From positions 1 through 53,106 of the forward strand of contig CAZXWI010000001.1 of assembly GCA_964644555.1 (NCBI GenBank): DNA of 53,106 nucleotides, in the 5' to 3' direction. Positions 37,666-45,077 of the stretch are shown piece after piece. The DNA is from an uncultured Lachnospiraceae bacterium. Its GTDB lineage: Bacteria > Bacillota > Clostridia > Eubacteriales > Anaerofustaceae. Below the pieces are notes generated by a model. It did not search any database. It was not told the DNA's origin and worked only from the letters and a program-made list of their open reading frames with translations. The translations under genes were made by a program, and so were the position numbers. The first letter of the stretch is position 1; every line of letters begins with the position of its first letter.

Positions 37666-38749
37666 CGACACCGCACCTTTTTTGAGCAAATGTTGTTTTT
37701 ATGCTCAAATTTCCCAATATACTTAGTCTGTGAGTTAGCACCTCGGCTTCGCTCTTGGGAGAATCCAAGGTAAAGTTAATGATGTACACTCCTGCTTCCC
37801 TATATGGGATACCCATTCTGCCGATAACATATTGGTTATAAGCATGAATTTCCTTGTTGATTTTATCAGCTAATTCATAGTCGCTGAAAATTACGGCAAC
37901 AACGGCTATGACATTTTCCGAGTCATCTATTTGCTTATCTGCCTTTTTATCATCGGAAATTTGTAAAGGCATTATGTTTTTATATATATTTTCTTCCGTT
38001 TCCACTTCTCCGATAACAGCCTTAACTCCGAATACCGATTCGATATTTTCTTCCGTAACTATTTTTGCGGTTTCTCCGAAAACAGCTTCACCGTTTTTCG
38101 GTAGGAGCAATGATTTATCGGCTCGGGAAAGTGCATGAGTCGGATAATGCGTATTGAAAATGCATCCTATATTTTCACTATGAGCTAATTCCGACATGGT
38201 ATTTAACACGATAAGCTGATTTCTGAAATCCAAATTAGATTCGGGCTCGTCCAAAATCAATAGCTTGGGTTCGTTTATCAATGCTCTGGCTATCAACACC
38301 ATTTGAAGCTCGCCGCCGCTTATTTCGTTGCATTTTTTACCCGTTAAATAGGATATGTTGAGCCTTTGCATTAATCTATCGACTTTCTCATAATCTGCCT
38401 TTTTCGGCTGAGAGAACACTCCTATTTTATCGGCAAGACCCAAAAGGATCATATCTTCCGCTTTCATTGACGATGAAGTGCCCTTTGCTTGCGGCACATA
38501 AGAAACATTTTGCCAAAATTTCTTTTGGTTCATTTTGGAAATGTCCTCGCCGTCAAGAGTGCTTAACCCTTTGCTCCATTTCAAAAATCCCATTATGCAC
38601 TTGAGCAATGTAGTTTTACCTGCTCCATTAGGGCCTAAAACTGCAACCAGTTCCCCCGAATTTAGTGTAAAATTTAAATTTTTGATTATATATTTTTCGC
38701 TTTTATATCCGAAAGAAGCGTTTTCTACACATAGCTTCATAATTGCCAC
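37658..38749 (-). CDS. ABC importer ATPase (FepC/BtuD type) with C-terminal TM1266-like domain
   Basis: Walker A GPNGAGKTT, signature ISGGELQ, Walker B LLILDEPE. The last approx. 90 aa (VIAVVAVIF...VIGRMGIPYR...) are homologous to the 87-aa protein at 39743-40006. Confidence 0.85.
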   Translation of the reverse strand: MAIMKLCVENASFGYKSEKYIIKNLNFTLNSGELVAVLGPNGAGKTTLLKCIMGFLKWSKGLSTLDGEDISKMNQKKFWQNVSYVPQAKGTSSSMKAEDMILLGLADKIGVFSQPKKADYEKVDRLMQRLNISYLTGKKCNEISGGELQMVLIARALINEPKLLILDEPESNLDFRNQLIVLNTMSELAHSENIGCIFNTHYPTHALSRADKSLLLPKNGEAVFGETAKIVTEENIESVFGVKAVIGEVETEENIYKNIMPLQISDDKKADKQIDDSENVIAVVAVIFSDYELADKINKEIHAYNQYVIGRMGIPYREAGVYIINFTLDSPKSEAEVLTHRLSILGNLSIKTTFAQKRCGVDE

Positions 38750-39753
38750 CCCTCGGAACGCCTCATTAATGTGATAAAGAATGGAGCTCCGATAATTGCC
38801 GTCAACACCGATATGGGTATTTCCGCAGCCGAAACGCTCCTTGCCAAAGTGTCAACTATAACCAGAAAAGTCCCTCCTAAAATGACCGATGACGGCATTA
38901 ATAACAAGTGGTTATTGCCAAAGAGCATTCTACACATATGCGGTATCAAAAGCCCTACCCAACCGACCTGACCGCACATGGAAACGCATGAAGCGGTAAT
39001 GCCGGTGGAGCACAGAACGCAAACTACCCTGAGTAAATTGATATTAACTCCCGTGGCACGAGCCTCTTCTTCGGAAAGAGGCAAAATATTAAGCCGCCAG
39101 CGCATTAACAAAAGAATAGTTATTCCGATTATTATTATGGGCGAACCCAACAATAGCGATTTATAATTGGCAGCCGATAAATTACCCATAAGCCAATATG
39201 TTATTTCGGGTAGTTCACTTTCCACATCGGCGGTAAATTTCACCAAAGATATCAATGCCGAAAATAGAGAACCTATCATTATTCCTGCCAAAACCACATT
39301 GCTCAAGGCACTTTTTGACTTACTTTTGCCCGAAAGCACGGTAAGCACTACAGCAAGAATGCCGAAAAACAACGATACAAATTGAACTCCAATGAGTTCG
39401 AATCCCAAAAGCAGACCTAAAGCCGCCCCAAATGAAGCCCCCGATGCCACACCCAATGTATCGGGGGTTGCCAAAGGGTTATTAAATAGGCTCTGAAAAG
39501 TGCATCCTGCAGCAGAAAGCCCGGCTCCTGCCAAAAATGCGAGCAATATTCTCGGAAAGCGAATACTCCATAAAACCCGCTCCGTTTGATTTGATAACAC
39601 TTCTCCTCCGAATATGTGAACCTTAATCGATAAAATAACATCCCCTACCGATACATTCATTCGCCCTATGCATAAACAGCACAGTATAGTGAAAACAGGC
39701 AAAATTATCAAAATAATCTTTGATAATAAAGACATTTTGTTACTACTTTTCAT
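38737..39753 (-). CDS. FecCD/BtuC-family ABC importer permease
   Basis: FecCD blocks RFPRIL, GAGLSAAG, NNPLATPDTLGVASGA, TAIIGAPFFI. Start uncertain: 39789, 39753 or 39735. 39753 gives an 11-nt overlap with the upstream gene. Confidence 0.85.
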   Translation of the reverse strand: MKSSNKMSLLSKIILIILPVFTILCCLCIGRMNVSVGDVILSIKVHIFGGEVLSNQTERVLWSIRFPRILLAFLAGAGLSAAGCTFQSLFNNPLATPDTLGVASGASFGAALGLLLGFELIGVQFVSLFFGILAVVLTVLSGKSKSKSALSNVVLAGIMIGSLFSALISLVKFTADVESELPEITYWLMGNLSAANYKSLLLGSPIIIIGITILLLMRWRLNILPLSEEEARATGVNINLLRVVCVLCSTGITASCVSMCGQVGWVGLLIPHMCRMLFGNNHLLLMPSSVILGGTFLVIVDTLARSVSAAEIPISVLTAIIGAPFFITLMRRSEGWQL

Positions 39754-40006
39754 CTTTGTAAACAACTCCCGAATATGCCGTTTTGGCACTTATTCCGTTA
39801 AGGCGACCTATTTTACCGGATATGGCGCTTATTATATCCTGTGGTGCATCAACCGCAACACTCAAAATATTGATTCCTCTCTTTCGATACGGAAGTCCCA
39901 TTCTGCCTATTATATATTCGCCGTATTCGTGAAGTATCCCATTGAGAGATTCCACCGAATCCGTATTTTCTACTATAATTCCTATGACGGCAATTCTTGT
40001 TTCCAT
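39743..40006 (-). CDS. TM1266-family small protein ('iron-only hydrogenase system regulator' family, ACT/NikR-C-like fold)
   Basis: 87 aa, RIAVIGIIVEN...IIGRMGLPYRKRGINILSVAVDAP pattern. RBS AAGGAG 7 nt before the ATG. Confidence 0.7.
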   Translation of the reverse strand: METRIAVIGIIVENTDSVESLNGILHEYGEYIIGRMGLPYRKRGINILSVAVDAPQDIISAISGKIGRLNGISAKTAYSGVVYKDEK

Positions 40007-40145
40007 ATTCGCTCCTTAAAAAATAAACTGCACCCTTAAAGATGCAGTTATCCCTTAGCATTGCTACAACGTTGTAACTCAAAAGAAAAATTATTTCTGC
40101 ATCTTCCATCTCAAAACGAATTTTCAATGTTAGAATACTTATTTA
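40007..40145 (-). promoter_or_regulatory. 5' leader with mutually exclusive terminator and antiterminator hairpins
   Basis: Minus-strand RNA has AACTGCA-tctttaaggg-TGCAGTT followed by TATTTTTT directly before the RBS. Upstream AAGATGCAG (40097-40105) is perfectly complementary to CTGCATCTT (40039-40047). The palindrome TACAACGTTGTA lies between them. Confidence 0.5.
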
Positions 40146-40152
40146 CATATTT

Positions 40153-40182
40153 ATTATACTATGATTTTCACCTTGCCTGCAA
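40153..40182 (-). promoter_or_regulatory. Sigma-70-type promoter of the nitrogenase-like operon
   Basis: TTGCAG (40177-40182), 18 nt, TATAAT (40153-40158) on the minus strand. Confidence 0.5.
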
Positions 40183-40246
40183 TTAATTTTTTTCAACGAG
40201 ATTAATTTAACGCTCAAAAGCATTTACAATTTCCGATAAAATAAAT

Positions 40247-40269
40247 AAAAGGCAGTAAAACTGCCTTTT
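40247..40269. terminator. Terminator ending the sugar ABC operon
   Basis: AAAAGGCAG-TAAAA-CTGCCTTTT, symmetric A/T flanks, about 35 nt past the stop at 40303. Confidence 0.75.
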
Positions 40270-40302
40270 ATTTTAATATATTTAAAATCAGCAAAATGTT
40301 TT

Positions 40303-41361
40303 CTAATTTTCGGATTTGTTATCTGCACTCAAACTTTGCTTAACGAGCTTTTTCTCCGCCATAACCGTGCTGATATGGTTGTATGCCATAACAAGAATAA
40401 GAACAGCACCCCAAATAAGATCACGATAGAAGTTACTGATTTTCGGGAACATATTAAAGCCCGATGAGAGCATTTGCAAAATAAATACAGAAAGCACGAT
40501 TCCCGATACTTTACCTTTCCCGCCGTTGGGGTTAGTGCCACCCATAACGCAAATAATAAGCGCCTGAGTTACATACGAAGTACCGAAATTAGCTCTTACG
40601 GAACTTGATTTACCGCACATCAAAAGACCCGATACTGCGGCAAGCATACCGCTTGTAATATAACTTTTCATGATTACAGATGAATTTTTGATTCCCGCAA
40701 ATTTAGATGCTGTTTGGTTTGAGCCCATCATTTGCAAACGGAAACCGAATACCGTTTTGACAAGCAAAAAGCTTACTGCCAATGCACAAATTATGAACAC
40801 AATCAATGTAACCGGAATAGCACCGAAAATGTTATAGTTTACTATGGAAGTCAATATTTTGGGTATGCCTGTGATAGAACTGCCCTTTGTAATAGCAATT
40901 GCAAGCCCCATGATAAGATCCGAACTTCCCAATGTAGCAAGCATAGCGGGGATCCCCAGTCGACCGATAAGAAAACCGTTGACAACACCGCAAAGAGCAC
41001 CTATCAAAAGAGCTAAAACCACTGCCGCCAAAAGCACACATATCGAAACTGAGGTAGATGCATTCTCCGGCATAACTGCAATCATGAACATACAGCTGAG
41101 TATGCCCGATAAGTTTGCCGTAGCAACAATGCTCAAATCGATTCCACCGCTTATCATGGCAATCATCATGCCAAATGCCAACACACCGTATTCGGGGCAA
41201 AGGTACAACATTGATTTGATATAGCTACCGGTAAGAAAGATAGTCGGTTTTAAAAGGGACATTGTAGCGAATACGATAACAAAAAGAACCATAAGTCTTG
41301 TAATATTCGTATCACTTCTTAATAACTTCATTATATCGAATTTCTTTTGTTTATTTTCCAT
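40303..41361 (-). CDS. CUT2-family (ribose/AraH-type) sugar ABC permease
   Basis: About 10 TM helices with RbsC/AraH-like blocks (GGIDLS, GRLGIPAMLATLG). Start set at the MENKQKK ATG after GGGGGG. Confidence 0.85.
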   Translation of the reverse strand: MENKQKKFDIMKLLRSDTNITRLMVLFVIVFATMSLLKPTIFLTGSYIKSMLYLCPEYGVLAFGMMIAMISGGIDLSIVATANLSGILSCMFMIAVMPENASTSVSICVLLAAVVLALLIGALCGVVNGFLIGRLGIPAMLATLGSSDLIMGLAIAITKGSSITGIPKILTSIVNYNIFGAIPVTLIVFIICALAVSFLLVKTVFGFRLQMMGSNQTASKFAGIKNSSVIMKSYITSGMLAAVSGLLMCGKSSSVRANFGTSYVTQALIICVMGGTNPNGGKGKVSGIVLSVFILQMLSSGFNMFPKISNFYRDLIWGAVLILVMAYNHISTVMAEKKLVKQSLSADNKSEN

Positions 41362-42385
41362 TGCCATCCCCCCCTTCGGGTACATCCAAAATGGACGAAC
41401 TCAATTTATCTTGAGATTTCAATGCCTGATATGCGGAAATACTGATTCCCGCAATGATGAGAATACCTGTTACAAATTTTGACCAATATGTGGGAATACC
41501 GAGAAGAATAAGGTTGTTACTTACCATTACCATAAGAAGAACACCCAACAATGTGCCTTTTACAGTACCTACACCGCCCGAAAGACGAGTGCCGCCCAAA
41601 ACAGCCGCCGCAATACAGGTCATTTCGTACCCGATCATGTTTGTTGGCTGCAAAGTTCCCGTAAGAACTACTTTCGTAATTCCTGCAACGCCCGAAAGCG
41701 CTCCCATAAAGGCAAATACGAATATTTGAGTAAATACTACATTAAAGCCGGCTCTGCTGCTGGATACTCTATCACCACCGAATGCATATATACCTCTGCC
41801 GAGCATGGTGTATCTAAGCATAAATGTAACCAAGACTACAACTCCGACAAGTATGAGAAATACCGACGGAAGAGGGCTTGTCATACCCGTTTGCGGGTTT
41901 GTTGCCACGGCTAAGTAGCTCTTTGACAAATCAGCAACGGGCTGAGCCAAAATGGAATAAACTCTGCATTTTAAAACAGCTTGCAAAATTCCCAAATATA
42001 TGCTTGATGTGCCGAGTGTAATAATAAGGGTAGGCAGTTTAAGCCATGCCGCTAAAATGCCGTTTATAGCACCAAGCACTATACCAATGGCGATTGCAAT
42101 AACATACAGCCAGAATATAGAACCATCATATCCTTTTTCGGTAGCCGTGCTTATAACTACATACGAAATAAGCATTGTCATCGAAGGGAACGATACATCA
42201 ACGCTTCCGGCAATGAGCTGTATCATAATACCCAAAGAAAGTATCCCCGGCAGTATGCAGGCACGCAGTAAGTCGAAACAGTTTGTTATGGTAAAAAACT
42301 GTCCGCTTTTTGCCTGAACGAGCATACTGAGAATGATTATAAGAACCGATACATAAAATTCGTTTCGTTTTAATAACTTTTTCAT
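41351..42385 (-). CDS. CUT2-family sugar ABC permease
   Basis: Paralogue of the downstream permease (GSVDVSFPS, WLKLPTLIITLG). Confidence 0.85.
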   Translation of the reverse strand: MKKLLKRNEFYVSVLIIILSMLVQAKSGQFFTITNCFDLLRACILPGILSLGIMIQLIAGSVDVSFPSMTMLISYVVISTATEKGYDGSIFWLYVIAIAIGIVLGAINGILAAWLKLPTLIITLGTSSIYLGILQAVLKCRVYSILAQPVADLSKSYLAVATNPQTGMTSPLPSVFLILVGVVVLVTFMLRYTMLGRGIYAFGGDRVSSSRAGFNVVFTQIFVFAFMGALSGVAGITKVVLTGTLQPTNMIGYEMTCIAAAVLGGTRLSGGVGTVKGTLLGVLLMVMVSNNLILLGIPTYWSKFVTGILIIAGISISAYQALKSQDKLSSSILDVPEGGDGNGK

Positions 42386-42394
42386 ATGTCCTCC

Positions 42395-43894
42395 TTAAGC
42401 CTGCTCCGTAACAAGATTCAGCAGTTTAGTTGGAGTGTAGTCTGTATTGACTACTTCATCGCATATTCTGCCGCGCTTCATTATCAAAATGCGGTTGCAG
42501 TTTTGCAAAACTTCTTCGATATCATCGGAAATGATGATTACCGCCATATCGCCGTCTTTGACAATATTTCTGATATATTCGTGCAAATCATACTTTGCGC
42601 CTATATCTACACCAACAGTAGGTCCGTTTAAGATAAGTACATCGGGGTTGGTTTCAAGCCATTTTGCCAAAACCACTTTCTGCTGGTTACCACCGGAAAG
42701 AGTCTGAATTTCATCTTCGGCACTTCCCATAACCACGGAAAGTTCTTCTCTCCATTTTTTCATATCCTCATCAATCAATTCGCTGTCGATGGTTTTATTG
42801 GATTTGAGCATATTCTTGATATTGGAAATTACAAGGTTTTTCTTGGTCGGCTGTAAAAGGAATAAGCCTTCGGTAAGTCTGTCTTCGGGAACATATGCAA
42901 TTTTGTTTTTTATTGCGTCCTGAGCCGAACGAACAGAAATTTCTTTGCCTTTTATATATATATGCCCGTCCGTTGCAGGGTAAAGACCGAACAACGACTT
43001 GGCAAGCTCGGTTCTACCCGAACCCAAAAGCCCTGTGATACCCAATACTTCGCCTTTTCTTACTTCAAACGAAACATTCTCAAAGCCGTTTTTTAAAGAT
43101 AAGTTTTCCACCTTAAACAAAGGCTCTGAATCTTTATCCACAGTGGGTGTAAAGTAATCGACATCAAATTTTCGGCCCGTCATGTAGTAAACGAGTTTTT
43201 CGTGGTCTACATTTTTCGTATCGTCCGTAATAACTTTTTTGCCGTTACGCAAAACGGTAAATTTGCTGGCTATTTCGAATACTTCATCAAGCTTATGGCT
43301 TACAAATAAAACGGCAACACCTTTTGCTTGCAAATTTCTGATGATTTCGAAAAGCTTATTTATCTCTTTTCGAGTTAATGCCGTTGTCGGTTCGTCCATA
43401 ATAATAAGCTTAGCATCATAAAGAATAGCTCTGGCAATGGCAATTAGCTGTTTGTCGGCAACGGAAAGATTTTCGACCAATTCATTAAGAGGCAGATTTA
43501 CCCCGATTTTTTCCATAGCCGTTGTGGCAAGAGCCTTTATTTGCTTCCAGTTTACCAATTTTTTATTATTCGACAAATTGTAGTTAATGGCAATATTTTC
43601 GGCTACAGTCAAATTTGGGAAGATTGACATATCCTGGTAAATTACCTGAATACCAGCGTTGATAGATATGATGGTGTTGAGTTTTGCATACTCTTTGCCA
43701 TCTATCTCAACTACTCCCGAATCAGGCTTATAAAATCCGGAAATGATTTTTATAAGAGTTGACTTTCCCGAACCGTTTCCGCCTACCAAACAATGTATCT
43801 CGCCTTTTTCTATGCAAAGATCCACATTATCCAAAGCGTAGGTTCCGCCGAATGTTTTTGTTATGCCCGTAACCTTTAAAATAGGATTTGACAT
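42395..43894 (-). CDS. Sugar ABC transporter ATP-binding protein with duplicated ABC domains (RbsA/MglA type)
   Basis: Two Walker A motifs (GGNGSGKST, GLLGSGRTE), two signature motifs (LSVADKQ, LSGGNQQ) and two Walker B motifs. Confidence 0.9.
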   Translation of the reverse strand: MSNPILKVTGITKTFGGTYALDNVDLCIEKGEIHCLVGGNGSGKSTLIKIISGFYKPDSGVVEIDGKEYAKLNTIISINAGIQVIYQDMSIFPNLTVAENIAINYNLSNNKKLVNWKQIKALATTAMEKIGVNLPLNELVENLSVADKQLIAIARAILYDAKLIIMDEPTTALTRKEINKLFEIIRNLQAKGVAVLFVSHKLDEVFEIASKFTVLRNGKKVITDDTKNVDHEKLVYYMTGRKFDVDYFTPTVDKDSEPLFKVENLSLKNGFENVSFEVRKGEVLGITGLLGSGRTELAKSLFGLYPATDGHIYIKGKEISVRSAQDAIKNKIAYVPEDRLTEGLFLLQPTKKNLVISNIKNMLKSNKTIDSELIDEDMKKWREELSVVMGSAEDEIQTLSGGNQQKVVLAKWLETNPDVLILNGPTVGVDIGAKYDLHEYIRNIVKDGDMAVIIISDDIEEVLQNCNRILIMKRGRICDEVVNTDYTPTKLLNLVTEQA

Positions 43895-44002
43895 ATCGTT
43901 ATTCCTGCTTTCATTAGTATGAATATATATGTTATATCGAAAAATCGATTTGTATTCGTGCTTAATAGTTTTAAATAAAAATTAACCCACAAAATGTTTT
44001 TT

Positions 44003-44031
44003 TACTCAGGCTGATATTATCAGCCTGAGTA
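44003..44031 (-). promoter_or_regulatory. Intercistronic 14-bp perfect stem-loop between the SBP and ATPase genes
   Basis: TACTCAGGCTGATA-T-TATCAGCCTGAGTA. On the coding (minus) strand it is followed by an A-run, so it is not a canonical terminator. Likely an mRNA-stabilising or processing hairpin. Confidence 0.5.
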
Positions 44032-44041
44032 TGTATAAAAT

Positions 44042-45046
44042 TTAGAATTGATATTCTGACATATTGTCTTTTGTAATAACGATCCAGCCCTGACCGTTGA
44101 TCTGGTTGCCGTCAACTGTGAGGTTATCGAATCCTTCGATACCGAGATCAAGACCTGTAACGATTTCAGCTTCTTTGCCTTCGAGAATCATCTGTGCAAG
44201 AACATTCATTGCGTATCCAGCATCTGCCGGATCCCAGCATGTAACTGCTGCGCATGAACCATCTGTGAGCTGAGCTTCAGCACATGATGTAACTGATGTT
44301 CCTACTGCAAAGCTCTTGCCGATAAGACCGAGTTCTGCGATTGCTTTACCAGCACCCGGAGCGTCAAAGCTTGATGTGCCGAGGAAGCCTTTGAGGTTAG
44401 GATATTTTTTGAAAAGTTCTTTTGCTCGTTCGTAAGCAACTTCCATATTATCTTCTGTTTCAACTCTGTCTTCTTCGATAAGAGTCATGTTCGGATACAT
44501 TTCTTTCTGTCTTGCGATAGCTGCATCTGCCCATTCGTTGTGTGAAGCATTTGTGAGGTAGCTTACCATGCAAACATATTCGCCTTCTTCGCCCATTGCT
44601 TTTGCAAGTTCGTCCATCATGTAAGCGCCATAACCGATGTTATCGAATGCTTCGATGTTGTAATCGGTGTTTACTGTTGTTGATCCTTCGTGAGTAATAA
44701 CAATGATACCTTTATCTCTTGCTTCCTGAAGAACCTCTTCACAAGCACCCGGATCAATGGGAACTACGCACAATGCATCAATGTCTTGAGCAATGAGTTC
44801 TTTGAGCAACTGTACCTGTAAAGCAGCGTCGCATGATGCAGGACCTTTCTGGAATGCTTCGATTCCCGTATCGTCCGCAAATTTATTTACGCCTTCTTCC
44901 ATTCTGATGAACCATGGGTCTGAGCTGTCTTTAACAACTGTAGCGATTTTCCATGTTTCTTCTTGATTTCCGCCGCCGTTATTAGCGCAAGCAGCGAAAG
45001 AAACTACGAGTGCAAGTACCAAAAGTACTGCTAAAACTTTTTTCAT
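44042..45046 (-). CDS. Lipoprotein sugar-binding protein (class I PBP, RbsB/LsrB-like)
   Basis: Signal peptide plus lipobox FAAC. Periplasmic-binding-protein type 1 blocks (IATVVKDSSDPWF, DALCVVPID). Confidence 0.85.
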   Translation of the reverse strand: MKKVLAVLLVLALVVSFAACANNGGGNQEETWKIATVVKDSSDPWFIRMEEGVNKFADDTGIEAFQKGPASCDAALQVQLLKELIAQDIDALCVVPIDPGACEEVLQEARDKGIIVITHEGSTTVNTDYNIEAFDNIGYGAYMMDELAKAMGEEGEYVCMVSYLTNASHNEWADAAIARQKEMYPNMTLIEEDRVETEDNMEVAYERAKELFKKYPNLKGFLGTSSFDAPGAGKAIAELGLIGKSFAVGTSVTSCAEAQLTDGSCAAVTCWDPADAGYAMNVLAQMILEGKEAEIVTGLDLGIEGFDNLTVDGNQINGQGWIVITKDNMSEYQF

Positions 45047-45077
45047 TAAAGTTTCCTCCTCAAAATTTTTATCTTCA

